DNA of 64,000 nucleotides from a phage, in the NCBI GenBank assembly GCA_017864995.1, contig GCA_017864995.1_4097.1. One strand, given 5' to 3'. This document shows positions 22,506 to 32,528 of the stretch, one piece after another. A program made the position numbers and the translations under genes. The notes beneath the pieces were generated by a model. It had not been told where the DNA came from. It ran no database searches and saw nothing but the letters and a program-made list of their open reading frames with translations. Position 1 is the first letter of the stretch; the number at the start of each line of letters is the position of its first letter.

Positions 22506-22814
22506 ATGTTTCAAACTAACACTCAAGGTTTTGTAATCATCGATTTGAATCAAAACAGCGGTTATTGGATGAAACCTACTGACGCATGTATGCAGTTTGA
22601 TTTTTTAGGTTACAGGATTAGTGTAAGTACTGGTGCTTCTGTACTGCGTGGTGGTTGTATCGTTGAACATCTGGTAACTGATCCAGAAGGTCGTGAGTAT
22701 GAAATCGCAGGTTCAGTACAAGATGCCATTATGTTTGTATGTCAGCGTGAAATGAATAGTTCGAATTCAAATGCACTGACTCATGCTCTTTCTCAAGAAG
22801 TGGAGGTTCGTTAA
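22506..22814 (+). CDS. hypothetical protein
   Basis: ORF track; GAGGAATTAACT-ATG context. Confidence 0.5.
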   Translation: MFQTNTQGFVIIDLNQNSGYWMKPTDACMQFDFLGYRISVSTGASVLRGGCIVEHLVTDPEGREYEIAGSVQDAIMFVCQREMNSSNSNALTHALSQEVEVR

Positions 22815-23065
22815 TGAAATATATCGTAGCAGTACTCGTTGCATTTTTACTCACTGCATGTGACGCTTCAACAAAAGAACGCACAAGTGATTTTATTCTC
22901 CCTATTGAATTACAAGAAGCAGGATGTAAGATTTATCGTATGCAAAAGGACGGTGCTGGTGTAACCTTGTATACAGTTTATTGCCCTAATGCAAATACCA
23001 GTACTGGATACAGCAGCGGTAAAACACGAATCAATACTTCAGTGATTAATGGAGTACAACAATGA
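22814..23065 (+). CDS. predicted lipoprotein
   Basis: signal peptide with lipobox-like LLTAC (MKYIVAVLVAFLLTAC). Confidence 0.5.
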   Translation: MKYIVAVLVAFLLTACDASTKERTSDFILPIELQEAGCKIYRMQKDGAGVTLYTVYCPNANTSTGYSSGKTRINTSVINGVQQ

Positions 23066-23430
23066 GCCTTGATACAACCCGTGCAACAGATTTATTAACT
23101 CGTATGAATAATGAAGAATTTCTTGCTGAAATAAAGTACAAGCTTGAAAAACTGGCACGAAGTGCTGAAGTAATTGAAGTTGAAGGTCACTTACCAATGG
23201 ACCAATTCCATACGTTCAACGAAGATATGGTTTATTATCCAAATGAAATTTGGATTGAGTGGGAGTCATGGACTAACAAAACTCTACGCATTGAAGGTTA
23301 TTGTGTGAATTATGAATCTGAACCTGGTGATGTTACAAAAACTCTCTCCATTTGGTGTACAAAAACACATGAACTCGTTGAGGTGAATTTGAATTATATG
23401 AAAGGTTTCCGTTGGGGTGATGTTCAATGA
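23062..23430 (+). CDS. hypothetical protein
   Basis: ATGA overlap. Confidence 0.5.
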   Translation: MSLDTTRATDLLTRMNNEEFLAEIKYKLEKLARSAEVIEVEGHLPMDQFHTFNEDMVYYPNEIWIEWESWTNKTLRIEGYCVNYESEPGDVTKTLSIWCTKTHELVEVNLNYMKGFRWGDVQ

Positions 23431-23702
23431 TTAAAAAACTATTGACAGTTGTCTTTGTATTCTGTACAATGTTTCTTACAGCATGTAATGATGACGGCAG
23501 GTTTAGTGCAAAAGACTTAGTTCGTCAGGATTGTACATTCACAGGTAAGTCTTTTATTAACGAGTATGAGGTATGTACACAATCAGGCCGTATCTGTGGT
23601 GGTTGGGAAAAACGTCAGGAGAGATTGTATGTATATGAATGCCCTGGACATCTCAACAAAGTACTAAGCACACACAAACTTGTTTATGATAAGGTTGAAT
23701 AA
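23427..23702 (+). CDS. predicted lipoprotein
   Basis: signal peptide with lipobox-like FLTAC. Confidence 0.5.
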   Translation: MIKKLLTVVFVFCTMFLTACNDDGRFSAKDLVRQDCTFTGKSFINEYEVCTQSGRICGGWEKRQERLYVYECPGHLNKVLSTHKLVYDKVE

Positions 23703-23917
23703 TGACTACCAATGAAATGATGCAGGTTATTTGGGATAAAGGTTGTGATATTAAAATCACTAGTACTGATGTTCGTGTATTCAAAACTGAATATATGGAG
23801 TACTTGGACCTTGATACTTATAATAATATTGTATCAATTGAACACAAAGGTGCAGTACTGGAAACAATTGACGTAGTACTGAAGAAAGCTACCGACCTAT
23901 TAGGAGCGGCAGTGTGA
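23702..23917 (+). CDS. hypothetical protein
   Basis: ORF track. Confidence 0.45.
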   Translation: MTTNEMMQVIWDKGCDIKITSTDVRVFKTEYMEYLDLDTYNNIVSIEHKGAVLETIDVVLKKATDLLGAAV

Positions 23918-24060
23918 ATAACAAAGAGTGGGAAGAGTACCGTAAGAAGTGCAGGGAGTTTGATAAAGAACTAACTGGTACAGTGAATGCAGTAATGTGG
24001 GTATCTGTAATTATTGCAGTTCTTGCGTTGGGTGCTATTATTATTAATAAATTATTCTAA
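23914..24060 (+). CDS. small membrane protein (48 aa, GTG start)
   Basis: GTGTGA overlap with upstream stop; C-terminal TM segment; below ORF-track cutoff. Confidence 0.3.
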   Translation: MNNKEWEEYRKKCREFDKELTGTVNAVMWVSVIIAVLALGAIIINKLF

Positions 24061-24070
24061 GGCGAATATC

Positions 24071-24271
24071 ATGTTTACTTTATATCTCGCAGTAGTTCTC
24101 ACCAATGGTGAAATCACTCGTACTATTGGTGAAGGTGTATATAAAACACCAGACCAGTGCTACTCTGCTACTCATTGGCCTCGCGATAGTGGGGATGAAA
24201 CTCGCACTGAATTCAAATGCATGAAAGTAAAAGGTGATTTTGTTAACCTTAAGGTTATCGAGGCGAAATAA
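24071..24271 (+). CDS. hypothetical protein
   Basis: ORF track frame; start at ATG 24071. Confidence 0.45.
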   Translation: MFTLYLAVVLTNGEITRTIGEGVYKTPDQCYSATHWPRDSGDETRTEFKCMKVKGDFVNLKVIEAK

Positions 24272-24786
24272 TGGATATTAATGAGTTGTTGATCTTATTG
24301 TTTAATCGTGGAAATGATGTAAGACGTTCTGAATATCAAGACAAAATTCACATTGAAACTGATAAATGTTATGGTAAAACAACTCATGAGATTTTGAAGC
24401 CAAATGGCAAACGATATGCCGATGTATGTTTTCATGAACGAAGTGATGGTAGTGAAATAATCAGTACTGAAATTGTGTTTTATGATAGATCCTCGGCAGG
24501 ATCGTATGAAATAGAACTTATATATTGCCCTGGTTCAGAAACACACAATAAACGTCAGATATTATATGATGTTTATTCACCTCCAGGTGTAGCTGAATAT
24601 TTTGTTATTGATTACAGTACTGAAGAAAGTGTGTTTCAACAGAGCTTGATTCATAACTTCCAGTTGAATGATCCAAATGTACCAAAGTTGTTCAAACTAC
24701 TCGATACTATCGATGTTGATTTTGAATTTGTTATGTGCATTAGAACTTCCTTGATCGATGAATTTATGGAACTACTTAATATATGA
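24271..24786 (+). CDS. hypothetical protein, EE-x-FQ motif family member
   Basis: motif TEESVFQQSLIHNFQLNDP. Confidence 0.55.
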   Translation: MDINELLILLFNRGNDVRRSEYQDKIHIETDKCYGKTTHEILKPNGKRYADVCFHERSDGSEIISTEIVFYDRSSAGSYEIELIYCPGSETHNKRQILYDVYSPPGVAEYFVIDYSTEESVFQQSLIHNFQLNDPNVPKLFKLLDTIDVDFEFVMCIRTSLIDEFMELLNI

Positions 24787-25004
24787 ATCGTTACTACATT
24801 GTGTATGAGCATGTATCTGAGTTTAATAATGTACGTGGTTATAAGAAAGAAGTACAGAAGATTGATGTATTTGTTCGTGCATTAAGTCCAACACATGCAC
24901 TATTTAAATTGTTTGATGAAGTAACTAAGTACAACACACCAAAAACACAACGCTATATTGAAACAGTACATAGTGTAATACTCACTGAATATGATGGAGA
25001 ATGA
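24783..25004 (+). CDS. hypothetical protein
   Basis: ATGA overlap. Confidence 0.45.
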   Translation: MNRYYIVYEHVSEFNNVRGYKKEVQKIDVFVRALSPTHALFKLFDEVTKYNTPKTQRYIETVHSVILTEYDGE

Positions 25005-25007
25005 CAA

Positions 25008-25226
25008 ATGAATTTATATCTAGTTGAAGGGTCAGTACAAGTATCCAAGCAAGACGGAGAAGGGTATCGTTTTTCACATGTAGAATATTTTAAGTACGTA
25101 GTAAAGGCCGATGGTCAGTACGACGCAGAAATTCAGGTTGAAGAATCATTCCGTAAGAAGAATGATATTGGTAAATTTGAATACCAAGACTTACAATTCA
25201 CTGTATGGCCTAGCATTAATGACTAA
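25008..25226 (+). CDS. hypothetical protein
   Basis: ORF track. Confidence 0.45.
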   Translation: MNLYLVEGSVQVSKQDGEGYRFSHVEYFKYVVKADGQYDAEIQVEESFRKKNDIGKFEYQDLQFTVWPSIND

Positions 25227-25227
25227 G

Positions 25228-25431
25228 ATGTGGTGGTGTCATGGTGTCTACAATGTCTATGAATATGGTAGATTCAAAATGAGCAGCACCTATGCCAGAC
25301 GTGTTAATGCGAAAAACCAAGTTGATGCTGCTTGTGAGATTGTAGAGTGGTATGCAGAGTTCAATGCAATTGATTTTATGTACGAAATAGTTACAATAAA
25401 TGTTGTACAAATTGACACGTCTTTGATATAA
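25228..25431 (+). CDS. hypothetical protein
   Basis: internal ATG of ORF 25111..25431 placed just after the upstream stop. Confidence 0.35.
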   Translation: MWWCHGVYNVYEYGRFKMSSTYARRVNAKNQVDAACEIVEWYAEFNAIDFMYEIVTINVVQIDTSLI

Positions 25432-25467
25432 TAACTACATCAAAAAACAACTGCAACTGAGGATACT

Positions 25468-26130
25468 ATGTTAGTAAATCTTAATTTCATCACTTCTCCT
25501 GATTGGGCATTGCGTGGTGTTTCTTTGAACTTTAAAGAAACTAATTTCGACTACATTGGTGATTGTACTTTAGTTAATGCTACATTTGATCCTCATCATC
25601 CTTTTTGGGCTGAAATTCATGATCCTAATGTAAACAATAGTACATCTGTTATGACTATTGTACAGACGAAACATACAGGTATCCTCGCAGGTTATAGACC
25701 AGGACATGCGATTGAACACTTCACTGATTATGATGTAGTAGATGAGTATCCAATGATCCATGAAGATGGAAGTTTATACACGTCAGAAGACTTCCGTGCT
25801 ATCTTTAATAGTACTGATGACATTCTACCAAGTGGTCGTCCACGCCCTGAGTCTTATCTTATGCACCCGTCTTATGGTGTAGCAGATACGCTTGAACAGA
25901 TTTTGACGAAGTACAAGAACCTTATTGAAGGTCCAGAAGAAATTGTCATGTGCTATCATCCAGTCCTGAAGTCTGACCAACCAGAGAGTGGTGGGTGGCG
26001 TTGGCATAAGAATGGTGAGTACATCGGTACTAAGCGTAGTAAAGAACGCTTTGAGTACTTGTATGATGAGCCAGATGTTGAGGTTGTTTTATGTTATAAT
26101 TTTCTTAAGGTGAAAAAGAAATGTATCTAG
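25468..26130 (+). CDS. hypothetical protein (220 aa)
   Basis: ORF track; GAGGATACT-ATG context. Confidence 0.55.
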   Translation: MLVNLNFITSPDWALRGVSLNFKETNFDYIGDCTLVNATFDPHHPFWAEIHDPNVNNSTSVMTIVQTKHTGILAGYRPGHAIEHFTDYDVVDEYPMIHEDGSLYTSEDFRAIFNSTDDILPSGRPRPESYLMHPSYGVADTLEQILTKYKNLIEGPEEIVMCYHPVLKSDQPESGGWRWHKNGEYIGTKRSKERFEYLYDEPDVEVVLCYNFLKVKKKCI

Positions 26131-26363
26131 TATTGAGTTTTGTAGTTGCATTATTGTTTATGTTCTACCCTACACTAGTAGCAGTAGCCACTAAACGAAA
26201 GCTGGTGGATATCACTACTGTATTCTTGCTAAACGTGGCACTCGTTCTAGTGTCTATTATCATTCCCGTGAGCTTTACGGTTATTGATATGGCATCTGTA
26301 TTACTATTCGTCTTCAGTTATCTTATGCTTATTGAAGAAAAACCTGTTGACAAACGTTTGTAG
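26121..26363 (+). CDS. small membrane protein
   Basis: two hydrophobic segments. Confidence 0.45.
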   Translation: MYLVLSFVVALLFMFYPTLVAVATKRKLVDITTVFLLNVALVLVSIIIPVSFTVIDMASVLLFVFSYLMLIEEKPVDKRL

Positions 26364-26374
26364 TACTGTATAAT
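26347..26374 (+). promoter_or_regulatory. sigma70-like promoter
   Basis: TTGACA - 16 nt - TATAAT, overlapping the end of the upstream ORF. Confidence 0.5.
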
Positions 26375-26421
26375 GGTTCTTGTAGTCTGAAACTTAACAC
26401 TTAAACTTGAGGATATAAAAC

Positions 26422-26748
26422 ATGTTATCAGTTCTAATTTCAATTCCTGCTCTAATTCTGTTATGGGTTATGGTTTTCGAATTCTTCATTAAAGACGAAA
26501 CCGAGCGTGATGAGTTTCGTGAGTTGTTTATGCTAGACTCACCTATTGCACGAATCTTCTTTGTTGTAGTACTTATTTCAGTACTGTCATGGTTAGTAAG
26601 TTTTGTATTACCAATTGGACCATTTGTTTCAATTATGAATTTAGTTGAGAATATTGTTGGTATTGTGTGGTTTACTAATGCATTGTTTGCTGGTAAAGTT
26701 TCCATTTGGTTTGATATCTTGAAAGATAAACTAACTAGTAAGAAGTAA
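26422..26748 (+). CDS. predicted membrane protein
   Basis: GAGGATATAAAAC-ATG context; three hydrophobic segments. Confidence 0.5.
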   Translation: MLSVLISIPALILLWVMVFEFFIKDETERDEFRELFMLDSPIARIFFVVVLISVLSWLVSFVLPIGPFVSIMNLVENIVGIVWFTNALFAGKVSIWFDILKDKLTSKK

Positions 26749-26826
26749 CGTTCAAAAAGTCTCTAATAGTATTAAATACTTCTGTACAAATAATATGTGC
26801 AGAAGTATTGCTCGTTAGAGGTTATA

Positions 26827-27192
26827 ATGAAAAAATATATAAGAATGATAATGGTGTTTGTAGTATTCATGCTTTATTCAAGGTTCAGTACAGCCGTACC
26901 TGCTTACCTTGATTGTATGGGAAACGATGGAACATGGCATGTACTTTCTAATGACCCACAAAATGGAAACAATATTGTCGTAGATAATGAGGTTTACCGT
27001 TTCAGGGCCGAGAGTTTGATTGGGAATAAAAAGGTATCGACATATAAATCAGATGCTGGTATAATAGCAAATGTAATATTGATAGTGGACCCCAAGACAA
27101 AGGATGGGGATATTTACATAGTCATTTATCAAGATTCGTCGAACAAACGCGATCAGGATATTGATAAATTGAATATTCATTGTGAACTTTAA
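26827..27192 (+). CDS. predicted secreted protein
   Basis: start at ATG 26827; signal-peptide-like MKKYIRMIMVFVVFMLYSRFSTAVPA. Confidence 0.5.
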   Translation: MKKYIRMIMVFVVFMLYSRFSTAVPAYLDCMGNDGTWHVLSNDPQNGNNIVVDNEVYRFRAESLIGNKKVSTYKSDAGIIANVILIVDPKTKDGDIYIVIYQDSSNKRDQDIDKLNIHCEL

Positions 27193-27202
27193 GGTATAAC
27201 AA

Positions 27203-27586
27203 ATGATAAACGATGTAATGCTTTATGTATTAATTACTCCGATTCTTATTAACTCAGTAATAACTATTTCAATGGCATTATTTGGTATAGTAGCAATTGT
27301 TTATGCTGTTAGTACTGGGAAGTATACTTTAATTAGTAAGGTTGATTCATGGTTCGCATCTGATAGTGTACCATATTCAGCTAGTATGATTACGATTGGT
27401 ATTCTAATCGTTGCATTTACACTGCACTGTATTGGTTTTATTAATACAAGTATTTTTTCAGTTTTTATTGGTCTATCATTATATCCATCACTTTGGTACT
27501 TGATTTATGTAATCGATGTTTGGTATAATAACTACAAGCAGTACAAAGTGAAGAAATCCATTTTATCCAAAGGAAACAAATCATGA
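27203..27586 (+). CDS. predicted membrane protein
   Basis: multiple hydrophobic segments. Confidence 0.5.
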   Translation: MINDVMLYVLITPILINSVITISMALFGIVAIVYAVSTGKYTLISKVDSWFASDSVPYSASMITIGILIVAFTLHCIGFINTSIFSVFIGLSLYPSLWYLIYVIDVWYNNYKQYKVKKSILSKGNKS

Positions 27587-27933
27587 AAGTAATTTTGTTT
27601 TTTGTTTGTATGATTATATGTGGTATGTCTTATGCAGAACCATTACCTGGACTAGTCTGTACTGAAGGTGATATTAAACACATTTACCAAGGTGATAGCG
27701 ATGACCATACTATCGTTTATATCGATGGTGAAGTGTATAATTTTGTTAAAGAACATACTGTAGGTGACATTAGTTTTACGCAGTACTCGAACGATACTGA
27801 TCCCAATATGCTTGCATTTCTTCAAGTTGATGTATATGAAGAAAGTAATGGCGAACAGTATGTTAAACTTGTGATGATGCGTAAGGCAGCAAAACAGGCA
27901 ACATTCGGTGGCTTGTGTAAATATGAGGACTAA
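27583..27933 (+). CDS. predicted secreted protein
   Basis: ATGA overlap; signal-peptide-like MKVILFFVCMIICGMSYA. Confidence 0.5.
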   Translation: MKVILFFVCMIICGMSYAEPLPGLVCTEGDIKHIYQGDSDDHTIVYIDGEVYNFVKEHTVGDISFTQYSNDTDPNMLAFLQVDVYEESNGEQYVKLVMMRKAAKQATFGGLCKYED

Positions 27934-27937
27934 ACAT

Positions 27938-28129
27938 ATGTTGATTTATCAATGTGATAACATTCGTGTTATGCAGCATCCCTACTTACAAATCTTTGAT
28001 GTGCAGCAGTATATGGAAGGTGATGATCCAAGAACCTATGGTCGTAAGTATGATTACTTCACTGTAAAGCAGTGTCATAACATCAAAGAAGTACGACAAT
28101 TAGTTCAAGAACTTCAAAATAAAGGTTGA
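27938..28129 (+). CDS. hypothetical protein
   Basis: start at ATG 27938 after GAGGACTAAACAT. Confidence 0.45.
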   Translation: MLIYQCDNIRVMQHPYLQIFDVQQYMEGDDPRTYGRKYDYFTVKQCHNIKEVRQLVQELQNKG

Positions 28130-28155
28130 CTTCGGTCAACCTTTTTTGTTATAAT
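28123..28155 (+). terminator. terminator hairpin with embedded -35 box plus downstream -10 (terminator/promoter cassette)
   Basis: AGGTTGAC-TTCG-GTCAACCT + T-run; TTGACT 28126-28131, 18-nt spacer, TATAAT 28150-28155. Confidence 0.7.
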
Positions 28156-28184
28156 TATTTCATCAACTACTGGGGATTTTAATT

Positions 28185-28625
28185 ATGTACGTATATCGTT
28201 TTGAACTTAAATTCAGTTATATTGAACCTAACTTAGATCCAGCAAAAACAGTAGGGCCGTTCGCACGGTACTCTTCACGATACAGTACGAAAAATGGATT
28301 TGACCGTTTGTGCATGACCACGCCTTCGCAATTCCAACCAGAACCAACTGAAGATGGAATCTATTCAATCAAACGTGGCTGGGCATTTGGCTGTCAGAGT
28401 TTGAATGATTTGTTTAAGTTCTTTACTATGGACTTGGGTAAATTACATCGTGCAGGGTTTGCTGTATCAGTATATGAAGTTCCTGATAATCATGTTGACA
28501 TTGGTCGTAGTCAGGTTCAGTACTATTGTGGTAGTGCCAATCTGGTTCGTATCATGTCAGTGAGAGAAGCAAAGGATGAGTACCGCCAAAGTAAAAGAGT
28601 AATACATGAGGCTGTATATGGATAA
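28185..28625 (+). CDS. hypothetical protein
   Basis: ORF track. Confidence 0.5.
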   Translation: MYVYRFELKFSYIEPNLDPAKTVGPFARYSSRYSTKNGFDRLCMTTPSQFQPEPTEDGIYSIKRGWAFGCQSLNDLFKFFTMDLGKLHRAGFAVSVYEVPDNHVDIGRSQVQYYCGSANLVRIMSVREAKDEYRQSKRVIHEAVYG

Positions 28626-28962
28626 GACTCAAATAGAATTAAAAAAATTTGTATCGTTTTATCTACCCAATGACCCACGTTGTACACAATATGATGTTGC
28701 ATATTACAATGCATTGACTACACAGTTAATGAAGAAATTCAAACAATGTTTGACTGTATTCAATGATGATGGTAGACGTAGATATAGAATCATTCCAATG
28801 AATGATGAAAACGATAACTACTTTGACTTTGATGTTGTTTTTAGAGCATACAGTGATGATAGAATAAAATTAAATTATGAGCAAATAATGCTTGACCTGA
28901 GTGTTATCTGTGTTATAATTACTCACATAGCCGAACTTGATGGTTTAAAAGAATGGTATTAA
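28618..28962 (+). CDS. hypothetical protein
   Basis: ORF track frame; start at ATG 28618. Confidence 0.45.
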   Translation: MDKTQIELKKFVSFYLPNDPRCTQYDVAYYNALTTQLMKKFKQCLTVFNDDGRRRYRIIPMNDENDNYFDFDVVFRAYSDDRIKLNYEQIMLDLSVICVIITHIAELDGLKEWY

Positions 28963-28976
28963 CTTAGAGGATAATC

Positions 28977-29243
28977 ATGAAGCTTAAATTACAATACAAT
29001 GGTTTTACTTTGCGTAACGACACTGAGTTTGTCAATCGTTCACCAGGTGCTGAGTTGTTTTTGCGAGAGATGAACATTCCTTTCGTCATCACTACTGTTG
29101 GTGACCGTGAAGTGCTACAATACGCAGAGCATCCAGTTATTGATGTTCCGTGGTATTCTGAGCATATGTATATGGATATGGCCCGTCGCTACGACTGTAA
29201 GTTCGTAGTTGAAGGTGATAAAATTACAGTCCAATTCAAATAA
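28977..29243 (+). CDS. hypothetical protein
   Basis: AGAGGATAATC-ATG context. Confidence 0.5.
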   Translation: MKLKLQYNGFTLRNDTEFVNRSPGAELFLREMNIPFVITTVGDREVLQYAEHPVIDVPWYSEHMYMDMARRYDCKFVVEGDKITVQFK

Positions 29244-29254
29244 GGTAACTTAAA

Positions 29255-29548
29255 ATGATCAGTACTTCAGTAAATGCAAGCATCGTGGCAGACGTAGAAA
29301 TGGTTAAAGAATGTACAGACGAAACCCTTCGCAACATGTACATCAATGATTTGATTTCAGAGTACGGAAGTCGTGGTGTTCATGAGTTTGTTCGCCTAAG
29401 CGGTGAATTGATGAAGAATCGCATTCGTATGAAGCTTAATGTGCATCCAAAAGCATGGGCGTTTACAATGAAGTACGCTGAAGATATTGTTGAGTTGCGT
29501 CGCAATGATGTGTATAATCGTTTACACAATGGTACATTAAAGGACTAA
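29255..29548 (+). CDS. hypothetical protein
   Basis: ORF track. Confidence 0.5.
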   Translation: MISTSVNASIVADVEMVKECTDETLRNMYINDLISEYGSRGVHEFVRLSGELMKNRIRMKLNVHPKAWAFTMKYAEDIVELRRNDVYNRLHNGTLKD

Positions 29549-29598
29549 ATTATAGGAATCCGTAAAAGGATTCCTGTTCTTGTTTATAAGGTAATAAA

Positions 29599-29823
29599 AT
29601 GAAATATCTAGTACTAGTACTGCTATTCTTGAGTACTGTTGTATGTGCTAAACCAAAGTATCATGTAGTGTGTATCAACGAGATGGAAGGGTATACTGAA
29701 ACATATAAGAACCATATTGTTGAAGTTGCAGCCCAAGGTTCCTATGGGACCATCATCTTCCTTAAGAACAATGTGATTGTTCAGTACAAAAAAGATTCAA
29801 ATTGTAAAGTGACTAAAAATTGA
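29599..29823 (+). CDS. predicted secreted protein
   Basis: signal-peptide-like MKYLVLVLLFLSTVVCA. Confidence 0.5.
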   Translation: MKYLVLVLLFLSTVVCAKPKYHVVCINEMEGYTETYKNHIVEVAAQGSYGTIIFLKNNVIVQYKKDSNCKVTKN

Positions 29824-29893
29824 TCTAGATCAATTTTTCAGATATTCTCTGTAAATAATAGCAGTACAGAACATTATTTTACGGAGGTGTAAT

Positions 29894-30130
29894 ATGGAAA
29901 CTATAATCATCATATGTGCGTTGTTTGCATTTTTGGTAATGTGGTCACCAACATTCATTGCATATAAAATGAAAAATAAAAATGCAGAAGCAATTATGTA
30001 CGTAAACTTATGTTGCATACTAACTTATGGAATACTTTTATTCTTTACTGAATTTACATTAATCCCAGTAGTAGTTTGTTCATCAATGTTTATTTGGTTG
30101 TTTCTGCTTTATGAATCTATTAAAAAATAA
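29894..30130 (+). CDS. small membrane protein
   Basis: ACGGAGGTGTAAT-ATG context; two or three hydrophobic segments. Confidence 0.45.
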   Translation: METIIIICALFAFLVMWSPTFIAYKMKNKNAEAIMYVNLCCILTYGILLFFTEFTLIPVVVCSSMFIWLFLLYESIKK

Positions 30131-30184
30131 AAGATATAGGGTTGGTAATATGCCATCCCTTTTACTTTATGTGGGGTTTAATTA

Positions 30185-30757
30185 ATGAATAGAAAAGGTA
30201 AGTTCAAAGTATCAAAGAAGAACAAAAGTTCTAGATTTAGACCTATAACTTTAACTTTTAAGGCTAAAGAAGAATTAACTGCACTTAGTAAAAAGATAAT
30301 TTCATCTAAGATTAAAGTATCATACGTAAATTCGGTAAAATTTCAGAAGGTTAAACCACAAGACAAACTCATTTCACTTATATTTAAACGTAATGATTTT
30401 GAGATATTAGTAGATGATTATAGAGCCTATAATGCTGGATTCATTCATGTCACTTGTAATACCGAACTAACTGAGTTGGAACATTTGACATGTATCATAA
30501 GTGTAGATAACGGTGTGGTGAAGTACAATTTTTTACATTTTACCAATATCAATAATGGAATGGGTGTACAATCCAGACCTATAGTACCTACATGTGATGT
30601 GACTAATTTAGCAAAGCTCAATGAAGAAGAATATTTTCAAGAAAGCATTGTAACTGAGCATTTAGATGCTATAATAGCAACTTACAAAGAATGCATATGG
30701 GTTTTGAATGCGATAAAGCCCAAATTGTGTTTAATGAATGTCGTTCGTGATTTATAA
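30185..30757 (+). CDS. hypothetical protein, EE-x-FQ motif family member
   Basis: motif NEEEYFQESIVTEH. Confidence 0.55.
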   Translation: MNRKGKFKVSKKNKSSRFRPITLTFKAKEELTALSKKIISSKIKVSYVNSVKFQKVKPQDKLISLIFKRNDFEILVDDYRAYNAGFIHVTCNTELTELEHLTCIISVDNGVVKYNFLHFTNINNGMGVQSRPIVPTCDVTNLAKLNEEEYFQESIVTEHLDAIIATYKECIWVLNAIKPKLCLMNVVRDL

Positions 30758-30770
30758 CTGGAGATGAAGT

Positions 30771-31214
30771 ATGGGTTGGATTAACGTTAATAGCATTGAG
30801 CTAAATGAGCAAGACATATTTGCCTTTGTTAATTTGGTAGAGAACATTGCTATTAAAGGTCGTCTGTTTAGTTCATCGGACGGTAAAAAATGGATCTCTC
30901 TTATGAACGACAATGGCGAGATTTATGACGTTATGCAACTACCTCATTGGGCTTATAAGAATACATCTGATGATGTGATGGCTGCTGTTATGCGTGAGTT
31001 TGAGAAGCTGCCAGGTGGTGATATTAAGAACATCGTATTCAATGCAGAACGCATGAACTACACACCAGAGCAGCTTCAACAGTTGGCAATTGCTGCCTAT
31101 CAAGCTGCCATTAAGAAACCTGAATGTGTGATATTAAAGTACACACCGAACTTGAAGTTAACACTAGAAGATATGGATTCCTTTATCTTCAGTTCAGAAC
31201 TTAAACAGTACTGA
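30771..31214 (+). CDS. hypothetical protein
   Basis: ORF track. Confidence 0.55.
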   Translation: MGWINVNSIELNEQDIFAFVNLVENIAIKGRLFSSSDGKKWISLMNDNGEIYDVMQLPHWAYKNTSDDVMAAVMREFEKLPGGDIKNIVFNAERMNYTPEQLQQLAIAAYQAAIKKPECVILKYTPNLKLTLEDMDSFIFSSELKQY

Positions 31215-31325
31215 TTTGACTTTGGAACAACCATTTCATATGTGATATAATCTTAAGTGTCTGTTGAAATAAACAGCACATGAAGTATAAATATTAAAGT
31301 AATTTATCTCTTTAAGGAGTATGAA

Positions 31326-31709
31326 ATGGTTGATAAATGGAATAAGAAAGATCCATCGCATGATGTGGATATTTCTGGAATTGATAATGCACATAAGCAT
31401 AAGTATCTTGATTCACTAGGTCTACTAAAGCCTGACCAAAGTCTTGCACATGATCGTCCTTCACGTGAAAAAGCTTTCAGTCTAGAATCACTAGGCCATG
31501 AATTGAATCGTGTATTTGAAGATCATCCAATTTATGTACGTGATATCATTGAGAAACTTAAAGTGACTCCTAAAGAGCACTTCAAGGCAACAGTACACGC
31601 AGCATTCCGTGCACTACATGAAGCACTAAAGAAAACTCATAACCTTCGCAAGATTCATGATGACATCGTGAACTCTATTGAAGGCGAAAAACATAAGTTT
31701 AAAAAATAA
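31326..31709 (+). CDS. hypothetical protein
   Basis: AAGGAGT SD; shares YLDSLGLLKPDQ-like motif with ORF 32557. Confidence 0.55.
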   Translation: MVDKWNKKDPSHDVDISGIDNAHKHKYLDSLGLLKPDQSLAHDRPSREKAFSLESLGHELNRVFEDHPIYVRDIIEKLKVTPKEHFKATVHAAFRALHEALKKTHNLRKIHDDIVNSIEGEKHKFKK

Positions 31710-31715
31710 TTAAAA

Positions 31716-31750
31716 GGGGTTGACTTCAGTCAGCCCTTTGTCGTATAATA
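31716..31750 (+). terminator. terminator/promoter cassette (variant)
   Basis: GGGGTTGAC-TTCA-GTCAGCCC hairpin; TTGACT in stem, TATAAT 31745-31750 (19-nt spacer). Confidence 0.55.
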
Positions 31751-31796
31751 TTTTCATCAAGTGATACAAAATACAAACAACGTGAGGTATTAAATT

Positions 31797-31910
31797 ATGC
31801 AAGGTACTAAATTCATCATCGCTGCCCTAATCGCTGCTGTTGTAGTGGGTACAGTATGTTATTCAATTGACACCTATATCAATACACCTAGTGTTGAACA
31901 AACCAAATAA
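31797..31910 (+). CDS. mini membrane peptide (37 aa)
   Basis: GTGAGGTATTAAATT-ATG context; single TM helix; below ORF-track cutoff. Confidence 0.3.
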   Translation: MQGTKFIIAALIAAVVVGTVCYSIDTYINTPSVEQTK

Positions 31911-31918
31911 GGGATATC

Positions 31919-32182
31919 ATGGCTGAAACATTATCACTATATGCGTTAGTACTGTTATTTGTCGGATTTCTTCCTGCACTCATTACAGCCATTCGTGTTG
32001 TTAAACATGAAGCTGCATTGATTGTATGTAGTATTGGGTCGAACATTCTATTGTATTTCTTTTTGACAAATACTATTGTACTGTTTGCTTTCTTTATCAT
32101 GATTCTGTGGGTACTTGTAATTCTCGGATTCTTCATTTGGTCATTGGTTGATCCTAAGAAAAAAACAGGAGAAGTGAAATGA
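31919..32182 (+). CDS. small membrane protein
   Basis: hydrophobic throughout. Confidence 0.5.
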   Translation: MAETLSLYALVLLFVGFLPALITAIRVVKHEAALIVCSIGSNILLYFFLTNTIVLFAFFIMILWVLVILGFFIWSLVDPKKKTGEVK

Positions 32183-32475
32183 AATTAATTATAGCAATGA
32201 TGATGTGTTTGGCTTTCCCTGTACTGGCTACTCCTAATCTGGACTGCACACTGTTGCGTTCAGATGGTGACACACTTGAAATCAACACATATGAACTCTT
32301 TGGTCCAAGTGTAGTGGAGAATGAAACCACCTACAATTTCAAAGCTATTGACTTTGAAGGTAATGTTCCAGTACTAACTACAATGACTATTGACAAAACT
32401 ACTTTACTCGGACGAATCACCACACAACGTGGAGAAAGTAAAACATTCACAGCGAAAGCTGACTGTAACTACTAA
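32179..32475 (+). CDS. predicted secreted protein
   Basis: ATGA overlap; signal-peptide-like MKLIIAMMMCLAFPVLA. Confidence 0.5.
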   Translation: MKLIIAMMMCLAFPVLATPNLDCTLLRSDGDTLEINTYELFGPSVVENETTYNFKAIDFEGNVPVLTTMTIDKTTLLGRITTQRGESKTFTAKADCNY

Positions 32476-32496
32476 TGGTATAGTACAGTGAAAATA

Positions 32497-32528
32497 GGGT
32501 TGACTTCGGTCAACCTTTTCTTTATACT
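32497..32528 (+). terminator. terminator/promoter cassette
   Basis: GGGTTGAC-TTCG-GTCAACC hairpin then T-run; candidate -10 TATACT 32523-32528. Confidence 0.65.

Noticed and set aside
31216-31251. TTGACT ... TATAAT pair upstream of gene 31326 as a sigma70 promoter
   Set aside because: Spacer between the hexamers is 24 nt, too long; the TGTGATATAAT extended -10 may function alone but the pair is not a canonical promoter.
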